NCBI GenBank assembly: GCA_031382385.1
Contig: JANMYS010000037.1
Location: 20,567 to 84,566, forward strand
Source of the DNA: Gemmatimonadota bacterium
Lineage (GTDB): Bacteria > Gemmatimonadota > Gemmatimonadetes > Gemmatimonadales > GWC2-71-9
Length of the DNA: 64,000 bases
Reading direction: 5' to 3'
Position numbers and translations under genes: made by a program
The notes under the pieces: model-generated
Seen by the model: the letters and a program-made list of their open reading frames with translations, nothing else
What the model was told of the DNA's origin: nothing
The model's database searches: none
Shown here: positions 18,698 through 29,284 of the stretch, piece by piece
Position numbering within the stretch: position 1 is the stretch's first letter
Layout: each line of letters starts with the position of its first letter

Positions 18698-21429
18698 AAC
18701 GAGATCATGCAGAAGCCGAGCGCCTCCGCGAAACGACGGCCGGCAGCGCAGCCTGGAAGCGGTGGGGGCCGTACCTCTCGGAACGGCAGTGGGGCACTGT
18801 CCGGGAGGACTACAGCGGCTCTGGCACGGCATGGGATTCATTTCCCCACGACCACGCGCGGAGTCGCGCCTACCGCTGGGGCGAGGATGGCCTCGCGGGC
18901 TTCTCGGATGCCGAGCAGCTGCTCTGCCTCGGTCTCGCCTTGTGGAATGGCCGGGATCCGATCCTCAAGGAGCGGCTCTTTGGCCTGACCAACAGCGAGG
19001 GGAACCACGGGGAGGACGTCAAGGAGCTGTACTACTTCCTCGACGCCACACCCACCCACAGCTACAACCGGATGCTCTACAAGTACCCGCAGGCGGCGTT
19101 CCCCTACGCCGATCTGCTGGAAGAGAACCGTCGCCGGGGCATTGCCGGGCTGGAGTACGAGCTGATTGACACGGGAGCTTTGGCGGAGAATCGCTACTTC
19201 GAAGTCGAGGTCGAGTACGCCAAGCGGTCGCCGGAGGCGCTCCACCTGACGCTGACCATCCACAACCGCGGACCGGCGGTGGCGACGCTGCATGTCCTGC
19301 CCCAGCTCTGGTTCCGCAACACCTGGTCGTGGACCCAAGGGGCCGTGCGTCCGATGCTCAGCCAGGGCGGGCCTGGAGTCGTTGTGGCCGAACATGAGCG
19401 GCTTGGCCGGCTGGCATGGACGGTCGAGGGCGCGGCGCCGCTGATGTTCACCGAGAATGAGACGAATGTTCGCCGACTTTACGGCGTGGACCGGCCCGGT
19501 TACTGCAAGGACGGCTTTCACGAGTTTGTCGTCGACGGCCGGACCGATGCGATCAACCCGGCGCACGTGGGCACCAAGGCCGCCGCGCACATCGTCCTTG
19601 AGATCCCGGCCGGATCGTCCCGTCAGGTGCGGGTGCAGCTCAGCCCCGAGGGTGACGCAACTACCTGGCCGGCGCATGACCAGGTGGTGGCATCCCGGCG
19701 CAAGGAGGCCGATGCCTTCTTCGCCGATCTGCAGGCGGATCTCGCCGACCCCGATGCGCGGATGGTCCAGCGTCAGGCCATCGCGGGCATGCTGTGGAGC
19801 AAGCAGTTCTTCCACTACGATCTCCCAAGCTGGCTCGACGGGGATCCCGCCCAGCCGGCACCACCGCCGGAGCGACGCCACGGCCGGAACAGCGAGTGGC
19901 GCCACCTGAACAACGCCGACATCATCTCGATGCCGGACACGTGGGAGTATCCCTGGTACGCGGCATGGGATCTCGCCTTCCACTGCATCCCGCTCGCCCT
20001 GGTCGACCCCGAGTTCGCCAAGGAGCAGCTGGTGCTGCTGACGCGCGAATGGTACATGCATCCCAACGGGCAGCTGCCGGCGTACGAATGGGCATTCGGC
20101 GACGTGAACCCGCCGGTGCATGCGTGGGCCACCTGGCGGGTCTACCAGATGGACCGCAATAGCCGGGGCGGGAAGGGCGATCTCGCCTTCCTGGAACGGG
20201 TCTTCCACAAGCTGATGCTGAACTTTACCTGGTGGGTAAACCGCAAGGATGCCCAGGGCCGGAATGTGTTCCAGGGCGGGTTTCTCGGCCTCGACAACAT
20301 CGGCGTGTTTGATCGCAGCGCTCCACTGCCGACCGGCGGTTACATCAATCAGGCGGATGGCACGGCCTGGATGGCGATGTACAGCCTCAATCTCATGCGG
20401 ATCGCGCTGGAGCTGGCCGAGCACAATCACGTCTATGAAGACATCGCCACCAAGTTCTTCGAGCACTTCCTGCATATCGCCGAGGCAATGACCAACATCG
20501 GCGACGAGGGTGTCGGGCTGTGGGACACGGAGGATGAGTTCTTCTATGATGTGCTCAACACCCCGGACAATCGGCTGATTCCGCTCCGGGTGCGGTCAAT
20601 GGTCGGACTGATCCCGCTCTTCGCCGTGGAGGTCATCGACCAGGAGCTGCTCGACAAGCTGCCCGGATTCGCCCGGCGATTGAAGTGGTTCCTGGACTAC
20701 CGTCCTGAACTGGCGGATCTCGTGTCCCGCTGGACCACGCCAGGCCAGGGAGAGCGGCGATTGCTCTCCCTGTTGCGGGGCCATCGGATGAAGCAGCTGC
20801 TGCGTCGGATGCTGGACGAAAGCGAGTTCCTGTCGGATTTCGGGATTCGCGCACTCTCCAAACACCATGAGCGCGAGCCCTACACCTTCGATGTCATGGG
20901 CTCGGAGCTCTCGGTGCGTTACCAGCCGGCGGAATCGGACTCCGGCCTGTTCGGCGGCAATTCCAACTGGCGCGGCCCGATCTGGTTCCCGGTTAACTAC
21001 CTGCTGATCGAATCGCTGCAGAAGTTCCACTACTACTACGGCGACAGCTTCCGGGTGGAATGCCCGGTCGGGTCGGGAACGATGCTGTCGCTCAGCGAGG
21101 TCGCCGACGAGCTGTCCCATCGCATGGCCCGCCTCTTTCTCCGGGGGGCTGACGGCCGACGGCCCGTGCTGGGCAATGACCCGCAGCTGCAGCAGGATCC
21201 GCACTTCCGGGATCTGGTCCTGTTCCACGAGTACTTCCACGGCGACACCGGCCGCGGGGTGGGCGCCTCGCACCAGACGGGATGGACCGGGCTGATCGCC
21301 AAGTTGCTGCAACCAAAGCGCTGCCCGATCACCGGCCACATGCTCGACCTCACCACCCGGATGCAGCAGCGTGGCGCGGTTGCGTCCGGGATACCAATCG
21401 CGGAGGGATTGGTCGTCGCGGGAACCTGA
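18694..21429 (+). CDS. MGH1-like (GH63-related) glucosidase
   Basis: [73 protein letters not shown]. Confidence 0.9.
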   Translation: MKRDHAEAERLRETTAGSAAWKRWGPYLSERQWGTVREDYSGSGTAWDSFPHDHARSRAYRWGEDGLAGFSDAEQLLCLGLALWNGRDPILKERLFGLTNSEGNHGEDVKELYYFLDATPTHSYNRMLYKYPQAAFPYADLLEENRRRGIAGLEYELIDTGALAENRYFEVEVEYAKRSPEALHLTLTIHNRGPAVATLHVLPQLWFRNTWSWTQGAVRPMLSQGGPGVVVAEHERLGRLAWTVEGAAPLMFTENETNVRRLYGVDRPGYCKDGFHEFVVDGRTDAINPAHVGTKAAAHIVLEIPAGSSRQVRVQLSPEGDATTWPAHDQVVASRRKEADAFFADLQADLADPDARMVQRQAIAGMLWSKQFFHYDLPSWLDGDPAQPAPPPERRHGRNSEWRHLNNADIISMPDTWEYPWYAAWDLAFHCIPLALVDPEFAKEQLVLLTREWYMHPNGQLPAYEWAFGDVNPPVHAWATWRVYQMDRNSRGGKGDLAFLERVFHKLMLNFTWWVNRKDAQGRNVFQGGFLGLDNIGVFDRSAPLPTGGYINQADGTAWMAMYSLNLMRIALELAEHNHVYEDIATKFFEHFLHIAEAMTNIGDEGVGLWDTEDEFFYDVLNTPDNRLIPLRVRSMVGLIPLFAVEVIDQELLDKLPGFARRLKWFLDYRPELADLVSRWTTPGQGERRLLSLLRGHRMKQLLRRMLDESEFLSDFGIRALSKHHEREPYTFDVMGSELSVRYQPAESDSGLFGGNSNWRGPIWFPVNYLLIESLQKFHYYYGDSFRVECPVGSGTMLSLSEVADELSHRMARLFLRGADGRRPVLGNDPQLQQDPHFRDLVLFHEYFHGDTGRGVGASHQTGWTGLIAKLLQPKRCPITGHMLDLTTRMQQRGAVASGIPIAEGLVVAGT

Positions 21430-21446
21430 GAGGGACCCGATGCATT
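21420..21446 (+). promoter_or_regulatory. ECF promoter P4
   Basis: GGGAACC-N16-CATT spanning the glucosidase stop, upstream of the 44-aa ORF. Confidence 0.65.
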
Positions 21447-21489
21447 CTAGGCGCATGATGGATTGGCGATTCACCGGCCGGAGGGAATC

Positions 21490-21624
21490 ATGCGCGACAT
21501 CAAACCTGCTCTGGAATTCCTGTCCCTTGCGCTGGGCGATGAGGTCCCTCGCATCGCCCGGCGCGCCGCCCTCCTGACCGCGAGCCTGCTGGTCCTTGCC
21601 ACCATCGCCTGGATGGGATTGTGA
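21490..21624 (+). CDS. Unannotated 44-aa small membrane protein
   Basis: GGAGG RBS; MRDIKPALEFLSLALGDEVPRIARRAALLTASLLVLATIAWMGL; TGATG coupling to the next gene. Confidence 0.65.
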   Translation: MRDIKPALEFLSLALGDEVPRIARRAALLTASLLVLATIAWMGL

Positions 21625-23615
21625 TGCTCTCGGCCGCACCGCGGCTCGAGGCCGAGTGGCTCGAAGCGGATGGTCTCGGAGGATTTGCCTCCGGGACGGT
21701 AGGTGGCTGGCGGACCCGCCGATACCACGGCCTGCTCATTCCCGCCGTTTCGCCGCCGTCCGGGCGGGCGCTTCTCGTGGGCGGGCTCGAAGTGCATCTC
21801 GAGACACCGACGGAGCGGTTTCCGCTCAGTGCCCAGCGATTTTCGCCCGGCGTGACCGCCCCAGAGGGAACGACCTACCTCGCCTCGTTCGAGCACGAAC
21901 CGTGGCCCACCTGGATCTGGTCATTGCCGGGAGGCATCCGGGTTGCACACGAGTTGTTCCTGCCACATGGGATGCCGGCCACGGTGCTGCGCTGGCGGGT
22001 CAGCGGGGCGCCCAGGGGGACACGACTCAGCGTGCGCCCCTTCCTGGCTGGCCGCGACTCGCATGCCCTGCACTACGAGAATCCCGATTTCCGCTTCGAT
22101 GTGATCGGCGAAGGGGAGCGGCACGCCTGGCAGCCCTACGCGGCCCTCCCGGCCGTACACAGCCTGGCCAACGCCGGATATCACCACGAGCCGCACTGGT
22201 ATCGCCGCTTCCTGCTGGAAGAGGAGCGAGCCCGCGGGTTCGATCATCTCGAGGATCTCGGCACTCCCGGCGTGCTGGGTTGGGATGTCACATCGGAGGA
22301 TGCCGTCTGGGTGCTGAGCGCAGGCGGGCTGCCGGGCACGGAGGGACTCCAGGCCGGTAAGGCGCTGACGGTCGCGAACCGGCTGCGTGACCGGGAGTTG
22401 CGCCGGCGCAAGAGCTTCGCCTCGCCGCTTCACCGGGCGGCGGATGCCTACATCGTCGCGCGCGGGTCCGGCAAGACGATCATCGCCGGGTATCCCTGGT
22501 TCACCGATTGGGGGCGAGACACCTTCATCGCCCTCCGCGGTCTCTGCCTGGCGGGGGGCCGGCTCGATGACGCTCGGGACATCCTCGTCGAGTGGGCCGG
22601 CGCCGTGTCGGAAGGGATGCTGCCCAACCGTTTCGTGGAACAGGGAGACGCGCCAGAGTTCAACGCGGTCGATGCCTCCCTCTGGTATGTGATTGCCGTG
22701 CATGAGTTCCTGGAGGAGATGAAAGCCGCCAGCCGGCGCGTCGCCCCGGCGGACCGGGCGCGACTATCGGCTGCGGCGGACGCGATACTGGAGGGGTACG
22801 CCCGCGGCACCCGGTTCGGTATCCGGATGGATGATGACGGGTTGCTGAGTGCCGGCGTGGCCGGTGTGCAGCTGACCTGGATGGATGCCCGGATTGGCGA
22901 CTGGGTTGTCACACCGCGGATCGGCAAGCCGGTTGAAGTCCAGGCGCTCTGGCTGAATGCGTTGCGGATTGGCGCACAGCGCGACGACCGGTGGGCCCGC
23001 CTTCATGACCGCGCCCTCGCTTCGTTCCGCCAGCGCTTCTGGAACGAATCGGCCCGGTGCCTCCATGACGTGATCGACTGCGATCATGTCCCGGGGACAG
23101 TCGATGCTTCGATCCGGCCCAATCAGCTCTTCGCGGTCGGCGGACTCCCCTTCCCGCTGCTGGAGGGCGCACTCGCCCGGCAGATCGTGGACCGCGTCGA
23201 GGCCGACCTCTGGACGCCGCTCGGGCCCCGCAGCCTGGCGCCTGGCAGCGAGGGATATGCCCCGCATTACGTCGGGGGTCCGCGCGAGCGCGACGGTGCG
23301 TACCACCAGGGGACGGTCTGGCCGTGGGTGGCCGGGCCCTTCATCGAAGCTTGGATCCGGGTGCGTGGCGGTGGAGCCGACGCCGCCCGGGAGGCCGGAG
23401 CACGATTCTTCGCGCCGTTGCTGGAGCATCTGGAGCGAGCGGGGCTCGGGCATGTCTCCGAGATCGCCGATGCGGAGAAGCCCCACACCCCAGCCGGCTG
23501 TCCGTTCCAGGCCTGGTCGGTGGGCGAACTGCTCCGGATCGATCGCGTCCTGCGCGCCGCAGAATCCACCGACGCGCAGACCAGGCGGGCCGTCGCGGGC
23601 GGTACTACTGAATGA
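21621..23615 (+). CDS. Amylo-alpha-1,6-glucosidase (glycogen debranching, archaeal type)
   Basis: EWLEADGLGGFASGT, RTRRYHGLL, IAGYPWFTDWGRDTFI, LTWMDA, YHQGTVWPW, GCPFQAWSV; start GTG 21621 or ATG 21624. Confidence 0.92.
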   Translation: MMLSAAPRLEAEWLEADGLGGFASGTVGGWRTRRYHGLLIPAVSPPSGRALLVGGLEVHLETPTERFPLSAQRFSPGVTAPEGTTYLASFEHEPWPTWIWSLPGGIRVAHELFLPHGMPATVLRWRVSGAPRGTRLSVRPFLAGRDSHALHYENPDFRFDVIGEGERHAWQPYAALPAVHSLANAGYHHEPHWYRRFLLEEERARGFDHLEDLGTPGVLGWDVTSEDAVWVLSAGGLPGTEGLQAGKALTVANRLRDRELRRRKSFASPLHRAADAYIVARGSGKTIIAGYPWFTDWGRDTFIALRGLCLAGGRLDDARDILVEWAGAVSEGMLPNRFVEQGDAPEFNAVDASLWYVIAVHEFLEEMKAASRRVAPADRARLSAAADAILEGYARGTRFGIRMDDDGLLSAGVAGVQLTWMDARIGDWVVTPRIGKPVEVQALWLNALRIGAQRDDRWARLHDRALASFRQRFWNESARCLHDVIDCDHVPGTVDASIRPNQLFAVGGLPFPLLEGALARQIVDRVEADLWTPLGPRSLAPGSEGYAPHYVGGPRERDGAYHQGTVWPWVAGPFIEAWIRVRGGGADAAREAGARFFAPLLEHLERAGLGHVSEIADAEKPHTPAGCPFQAWSVGELLRIDRVLRAAESTDAQTRRAVAGGTTE

Positions 23616-24472
23616 CCGGTCGGTCTGTATTTGGAGAGCGCGAACTTCCCCGATGGATACAGCACCTGCCGGAGTACGCGGCGGAGGCCTTCGGTTTGGG
23701 CCTCTTCATGGTCTCGGCGTGTGGGTTCGCGTTGCTCTTCTTTCATCCGGCATCTCCGGCGCTTCAGTGGATACCGGGAGCGCTTGGCCGGAACCTGGCC
23801 ATGGGGGCGGCGATGGCAGTCACCCTGCTGGTGAATGTCTACGGCCCCTGGGGACAACGCTCCGGAGCGCATCTCAATCCCGCGGTGACGCTCACCTTCT
23901 ATCGGCTCGGCAAGGTGGCCGGTGGTGACCTCCCGGGCTATGTGGTGGCGCAGTTCCTCGGCGGCCTGGCGGGCACCGGGATCGCCGTACTCATCTTCGG
24001 GGACCTGCTGGCGGATCCTTCGGTGAACTACGTCGCGACGGTGCCGGGACCGGATGGTGTTGTGGTGGCCTTCCTCGCTGAACTGGCCATCACCTTCGTC
24101 CTGATGCTGGTCATCCTGCAGGTTGCTTCGACGGCAGCGCTTTCACGATACACCGGCGTCTTCGCCGCTGTCCTCGTGGGGCTGTACATCGCATTCGAGG
24201 CGCCCTACTCGGGCATGAGCATGAATCCCGCGCGTACGGTGGGCTCCGCCGTCTACGCCCATCTCTGGACCGGGCTCTGGCTGTATTTCGTTGCCCCGCC
24301 ACTCGGCATGCTCTCGGCGGCCGAAGTCTTCCTCCGCCTCCGCGGAACCGGGGCCAGACTCTGTGCCAAGCTGTATCACTCCAGTCGGGTGCGCTGCATT
24401 TTCTGCGGGCAGGAGCCGGAAGCGCAGCCGGCCTCCGTTCTCCGGGAACCACTACGCCACGTCAGGCATTAG
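23612..24472 (+). CDS. MIP/aquaporin family channel
   Basis: SGAHLNPAVT and MSMNPAR (two NPA motifs), six TM helices, Cys-rich tail. Confidence 0.93.
   Translation: MTGRSVFGERELPRWIQHLPEYAAEAFGLGLFMVSACGFALLFFHPASPALQWIPGALGRNLAMGAAMAVTLLVNVYGPWGQRSGAHLNPAVTLTFYRLGKVAGGDLPGYVVAQFLGGLAGTGIAVLIFGDLLADPSVNYVATVPGPDGVVVAFLAELAITFVLMLVILQVASTAALSRYTGVFAAVLVGLYIAFEAPYSGMSMNPARTVGSAVYAHLWTGLWLYFVAPPLGMLSAAEVFLRLRGTGARLCAKLYHSSRVRCIFCGQEPEAQPASVLREPLRHVRH
24444..24470 (+). promoter_or_regulatory. ECF promoter P5
   Basis: GGGAACC-N16-CATT at the aquaporin 3' end, upstream of the DM13 gene. Confidence 0.65.
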
Positions 24473-24532
24473 AGCCCCTGAGCGGGCCACACACGGTGGC
24501 CCGCAGGACGCACTGACTCGGGAGGCAGGACA

Positions 24533-24922
24533 ATGCGCGGAATGACGAAGGCTCTGACGATGCTGGTGGCGCTGGTCGCGGTGACCACGGCGGCGGCGGC
24601 GCCGGTGAAGACCTTCATCAGCAAGCCGTTTGCTGGTGTGAAGGCCAACACCGGCACGGTGACGGCGACGGTCGATGGTGGCAAGATCACCCTGAAGGTC
24701 TCGGATGACTTTGTCATCCCCGATACCCCGGCTCCCAGCTGGCAGATCGTGGACTCCAAGGGCAACACCTACCTGCTCAACCAGATGCGGATCAAAGGCG
24801 ACAAGACCAACCGCATGATCACCCTGCCGAGCTACATCAAGGACATCGCTAAGGTGCAGGTGTGGTGTTCGTTCGCCGAAGTGGTGCTGGGCGAGACCAG
24901 CTTCGATACCATCGTCAAGTAA
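24533..24922 (+). CDS. Secreted DM13-like protein
   Basis: Signal peptide; VQVWCSFAEVVLGETSF resembles the DM13 WC motif; strong codon bias. Confidence 0.7.
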   Translation: MRGMTKALTMLVALVAVTTAAAAPVKTFISKPFAGVKANTGTVTATVDGGKITLKVSDDFVIPDTPAPSWQIVDSKGNTYLLNQMRIKGDKTNRMITLPSYIKDIAKVQVWCSFAEVVLGETSFDTIVK

Positions 24923-24989
24923 CTGACGTCTACTGTACCGCCGGTCGGGCGTTCCCGGCCGGCGGTCGTGTTTCCGGGAGGGAACGACA

Positions 24990-25862
24990 ATGCGACAGTT
25001 CACACTGCTGGGCCTTGGCCTGGCGCTGGGCGGGATCGTCTCGCCAGCCTCCGCCCAGGTGGCGGAACACAAGAGTCTCACGATCGAGGGCGCCAGGAAC
25101 GTGATCGCGGCGGCCGTCACCTACGCGCGGACCAAGGCCGGAACCGGCGTGATCGCCGTCGTCGACGATGGCGGCAACCTGATGGCGCTCGAACGGCTCG
25201 ATGGCACCTTCGCCGCCGGGGCGAACATCTCGATCGGCAAGGCACGCACCGCCGCACTGTTCAAGAAGCCGACCCGGTTCTTCGAGGAGCTGATCAACAA
25301 GGGTCGGACCGCCATGACGGCGGTGAACGACTTCACCCCGCTGATCGGCGGCGTGCCGATCCTGGTCGACGGCCAGATCGTCGGGGCCATCGGCGTGAGT
25401 GGCGCGGCTTCGGCTGCTGAAGATGAGGAAGTGGCAATGGCCGGGGCGGCCGGGGTCGGAACCCAGGTCTCGATGGCCGGGCCGGTCCATACGATGAGCG
25501 TCAACTATTTCACGCGCGACCAGGTCAACGCCGCGTTCGCCAAGGGCAGCGTCCTGGTCGACGGGACCGGGCGCAACTACATGGTGCATGCCAGCCGTCG
25601 CGACAAGGCGGGCCAGGCCGAAGTGCATGTGCTCGACACCGACGTCATCTACGTGCAGGAGGGCGCCGCCACCTTCGTGACCGGCGGCATGGTCATGGGC
25701 GGGAAGACGATCGAGCCGAACGAAGTTCGCGGCGATTCTATCAGCGGCGGCGAGACCCGCCGGATTGTGAAGGGCGACGTCATCACCGTGCCGAACGGTA
25801 CACCACACTGGTTCCAGGACGTGAAGGGCACGCTGACGTACTACGTCGTCAAGGTCCGGTAG
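24990..25862 (+). CDS. Secreted GlcG/HbpS heme-binding domain fused to a cupin
   Basis: IAVVDDGGNL..LERLDG, KARTA, GGVPI..GAIGVSG; cupin EVH...D and VPNGTPHWF. Confidence 0.85.
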   Translation: MRQFTLLGLGLALGGIVSPASAQVAEHKSLTIEGARNVIAAAVTYARTKAGTGVIAVVDDGGNLMALERLDGTFAAGANISIGKARTAALFKKPTRFFEELINKGRTAMTAVNDFTPLIGGVPILVDGQIVGAIGVSGAASAAEDEEVAMAGAAGVGTQVSMAGPVHTMSVNYFTRDQVNAAFAKGSVLVDGTGRNYMVHASRRDKAGQAEVHVLDTDVIYVQEGAATFVTGGMVMGGKTIEPNEVRGDSISGGETRRIVKGDVITVPNGTPHWFQDVKGTLTYYVVKVR

Positions 25863-25868
25863 GGCACC

Positions 25869-27509
25869 ATGCGACGGGTACTCCTCACCCTCGCGGCCGT
25901 CACGGCGCTCGGCTCCTCCGGGATCCGGGCGCAGGTGACTGGTGACGCCCCATACGGCAAGCCGGCAGCAATCATCAACCTCGGTACCAGCAGCGGGGCA
26001 GGGCTGGTGCGGGGCCAGTGGCGTTACAGTGACGCGCAGTTCACCGAGGTCGAGCACCATGCTCCCGGCCGGGACCTGCGCCCCTCTGGCCCACCCAACC
26101 GGACCCACGACATCTCCCCCCATGCCGGCACAGCGGACTTCGATGATTCCGCCTGGAGCACCTTTCCGGCCGAATCGATCGAGGCACGTCGCGGCAACGG
26201 CAAGTTCAGCTTCAACTGGTACCGGATCAATCTCACGATTCCGGCCCGGGTGGGGAAGCACGATCCGACCGGCATGACCGTCGTCTTCGAGCTCGTCGTG
26301 GATGATTACGCCGAGGTCTGGGTCAACGGAAAGCTGCCAGTCACGCTCGGTCAGACCGGCGGGCAGTTGGTCAAGGGCTTCAACGCGCCGAATCGCGTGG
26401 TTCTCACCCGGGATGCGCGGCCGGGCCAGCAGTTCCAGCTGGCCATCTTCGGCATGAATGCCCCGGTCTCCAACCCGCCGGTGAATTTCATCTGGATCCG
26501 TTCCGCGACGCTGGATTTCTATACCGCGGCGCAGGCGCGGGTGGGGCATGACGTCGAGGTCAAGTTCACCCGGCACGACCCCGCATTCGACGCGCTTGTG
26601 TCACCCGGGGCCGGGGTCGAGAAACTGGCCGGCGGGTTCGAGTTCCTCGAGGGGCCGGTCTGGGTCCGCGAGGGTGGCTACTTGCTCTTCAGCGATCCGA
26701 ACACGAACACCATCTATCGCTGGTCGCCGGACGGTCAGGTGAGCGTCTATCGGACCAAGAGCGGCTACGCCGGGCTCGATATCGGCGACTACCATCAGCC
26801 AGGTTCGAATGGGCTGGCACTCGACTCCGCCGGTCGGGTGGTGATCGATCAGCACGGCAATCGTCGGGTCATCCGGGTCGAACGGACGGGCGCGGTGACG
26901 GTGCTCGCCGATCGCTACGAGGGCAAGCGCCTCAACAGCCCCAACGATCTGGTGTTCCGGTCCGATGGCAGCCTCTACGTCACCGATCCGCCCTTCGGAC
27001 TGCCCGGCGTCTTCGCAGACCCGGCGAAGGAAACGCCGTGGAGCGGCGTCTACCGGATTCACGACGGACAGGTGACCCTGCTGACGAAGGAACTCAGCGG
27101 CCCGAACGGGATCGCGTTCTCCCCCGATGAGAAGACGCTCTACGTCGATAACTGGGATCCGAAGCGCAAGGTGATCATGCGCTACGATGTGAACGCCGAC
27201 GGCACGATCGCCAACGGCCGGGTCTTCTTCGACATCACGCAGTCAGTCCCCGGGGATGATGCCTGGGACGGCATCAAGGTGGATCGTGACGGAAACGTCT
27301 ACGCCGCCGGGCCTGCGGGGATTTACGTCCTCTCGCCGGCCGGCAGACTGCTCGGCACGATCACGCTGCCGGAGCATGTGGCGAATTTTGCCTGGGGTGA
27401 TGGCGATCTGCAGACGCTCTACATCACCGCCTCCACCGGTCTGTACCGGCTGCGCATGAACCTCCCCGGCGCCGTGGCGTTCGGCTCGACCCAGGCGGCC
27501 ACCCGATGA
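25869..27509 (+). CDS. Secreted SMP-30/gluconolactonase with N-terminal sugar-binding-like domain
   Basis: Signal peptide; NWYR and VDDYAEVWVNG jelly-roll; EGPVW, GSNGL, NSPNDL and DGIKVD motifs. Confidence 0.88.
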   Translation: MRRVLLTLAAVTALGSSGIRAQVTGDAPYGKPAAIINLGTSSGAGLVRGQWRYSDAQFTEVEHHAPGRDLRPSGPPNRTHDISPHAGTADFDDSAWSTFPAESIEARRGNGKFSFNWYRINLTIPARVGKHDPTGMTVVFELVVDDYAEVWVNGKLPVTLGQTGGQLVKGFNAPNRVVLTRDARPGQQFQLAIFGMNAPVSNPPVNFIWIRSATLDFYTAAQARVGHDVEVKFTRHDPAFDALVSPGAGVEKLAGGFEFLEGPVWVREGGYLLFSDPNTNTIYRWSPDGQVSVYRTKSGYAGLDIGDYHQPGSNGLALDSAGRVVIDQHGNRRVIRVERTGAVTVLADRYEGKRLNSPNDLVFRSDGSLYVTDPPFGLPGVFADPAKETPWSGVYRIHDGQVTLLTKELSGPNGIAFSPDEKTLYVDNWDPKRKVIMRYDVNADGTIANGRVFFDITQSVPGDDAWDGIKVDRDGNVYAAGPAGIYVLSPAGRLLGTITLPEHVANFAWGDGDLQTLYITASTGLYRLRMNLPGAVAFGSTQAATR

Positions 27510-28210
27510 GCCCCCGCCACAGGAATGCGCTGCGGTGGGTGCTCCCCGGCGCGCTGGTCGTCCTCGGCGCGGCCCGTCCCGCCGGGGCGCAGGACCCGGT
27601 GCCGCTCTACCCCGGCAACTACAAGGTCATGATCGAGAATGATCGGGTCCGGGTCATGGACTTCCAGCTTCGGCGTGGCGCGCGCGAGGAGATGCACATG
27701 CATCCCGCTCATGTGCTCTACGTCCTGACCGGCTTCCGGATCCGCTTCACCTTTCCCGATGGCACCACGAAGATCCGGGAGACCATGGCGGGCGAGGTAC
27801 TGTACAGCGATGCCGTGATGCACTCGCCCGAGAATATCGGTGATACCGATGCCCACGGCATCCTGGTCGAGCTCAAGCCTCAGGTGACCGGCAGGGGTGC
27901 GGAGATCGACGCAGCCTCATCCCCGCTCACGGCGTTCACCTTCGTCCACGGACTGGCCGGCCAGGGCGACCCCCTGCAATTTCACCTGCTCTCCCTCACC
28001 GCCCCAACGCGCGCCGAGGACGGGGCAATCCGGTACGACCTCTACCGCTCCGTCGAGCGGCCCGACGACTTCCTCCGCCACGAGGTATGGCGCGACAGGG
28101 CGGCACTTGAGGCGCACAAGCAGACTCCTCCGCTTCGTGCCTCCTTTGCCCGGCGCCAGCGGGAGGGGTGGACCACGGCCATCACCCTGTGGCTCCCGGT
28201 GCAGCCATGA
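27506..28210 (+). CDS. Secreted cupin fused to an ABM (antibiotic biosynthesis monooxygenase) domain
   Basis: ENDRVRV, MHMHP, HSPENIG; TRAEDGAIRYDLYR...EVWRDRAALEAH. Confidence 0.8.
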   Translation: MSPRHRNALRWVLPGALVVLGAARPAGAQDPVPLYPGNYKVMIENDRVRVMDFQLRRGAREEMHMHPAHVLYVLTGFRIRFTFPDGTTKIRETMAGEVLYSDAVMHSPENIGDTDAHGILVELKPQVTGRGAEIDAASSPLTAFTFVHGLAGQGDPLQFHLLSLTAPTRAEDGAIRYDLYRSVERPDDFLRHEVWRDRAALEAHKQTPPLRASFARRQREGWTTAITLWLPVQP

Positions 28211-29229
28211 GCCCCGGCCGCCACTATCTGCGGGTTGCTGTGCTCCTGCTCGGGTGCATCACGCCAGCGACGGCTCAGGGCCCCGGTACCCCCTCTGTCG
28301 AGGGGAGGATCACCCGACTGGACCCCCGCTTCGACCGGCTGATCCCCGCCGGAGCCACGCTGGAACTGGTGGTCGATGGGCATGAGTGGGCCGAGGGCCC
28401 GCTGTGGGACCGGAAGGCGGGCTGCCTGCTCTTCTCCGACGTCATTCGCAATACCGCCTACCGGTGGTGTGAGGGCGCCGGAGAGAGCGTCCTGCTCGCC
28501 CACAGCGGCTACACCGGCAGGGAACCGTTCAAGGGCAGGGAACCTGGCTCCAACGGACTCGCCTTCGACCGCGATGGAAGCCTGCTCATGGCGGAACATG
28601 GCGATCGGAGGATCAGCCGACTGGGTGCGGATGGACGGAAGACCACGCTGGTCGACCGATTTGACGGGAAGCGCATCAACAGCCCCAATGACCTGATCGT
28701 GACAGCCGCCGGTGACCTGCTGTTCACCGATCCGCCCTGGGGCTTGCCGCAGTGGTGGGCTGATCCCGGGAAGGAGCTGCCGTTCAGTGGGGTCTATCGC
28801 CTGTCCGCGGCGGGCCGGCTGACCGTCCTCAGCCGTGATTTCCAGGCGCCGAACGGTATCGCCGTGTCGCCCGACGGCCGCACCCTGATCGTGAGCGAGT
28901 CAAAGCCGGAGATCGGCGCGTGGTACGCGTTCACCGTGAATGCCGACGGCTCCCTGACCGGCAAGCGCAGGCTGCTCGACGCGGTGCCCTGGTCCGTGGG
29001 ACGCATGGGGGTACCGGATGGGCTCAAGCTCGATCGGGAGAGTCACATCTTCGGCGGCGGGCCCGGTGGCGTCTATGTGATCGACCCCGACGGCACTCTG
29101 CTCGGTATCATCGAGACCGGGGGGCCGGCCTCCAACACAGTCTGGGGTGGGGACGGCTCGATGCTCTACATCACCTCCGGTGCCCGGATCTTCCGTTTGC
29201 AGACCACTACCCACGGGGCTGGTTGGTAG
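28207..29229 (+). CDS. Secreted SMP-30/gluconolactonase
   Basis: WAEGPLW, LFSD, GSNGL, NSPNDL, TDPPWG and PDGLKLD motifs. Confidence 0.9.
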   Translation: MSPGRHYLRVAVLLLGCITPATAQGPGTPSVEGRITRLDPRFDRLIPAGATLELVVDGHEWAEGPLWDRKAGCLLFSDVIRNTAYRWCEGAGESVLLAHSGYTGREPFKGREPGSNGLAFDRDGSLLMAEHGDRRISRLGADGRKTTLVDRFDGKRINSPNDLIVTAAGDLLFTDPPWGLPQWWADPGKELPFSGVYRLSAAGRLTVLSRDFQAPNGIAVSPDGRTLIVSESKPEIGAWYAFTVNADGSLTGKRRLLDAVPWSVGRMGVPDGLKLDRESHIFGGGPGGVYVIDPDGTLLGIIETGGPASNTVWGGDGSMLYITSGARIFRLQTTTHGAGW

Positions 29230-29236
29230 CTCCTCC

Positions 29237-29262
29237 GGGAACCTCTGCCGGTGCACGGCGTT
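29237..29262 (+). promoter_or_regulatory. ECF promoter P6
   Basis: GGGAACC-N15-CGTT in the gap before the 62-aa ORF and GMC gene. Confidence 0.7.
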
Positions 29263-29284
29263 GAGAGGGCAACAGGAGATACCC

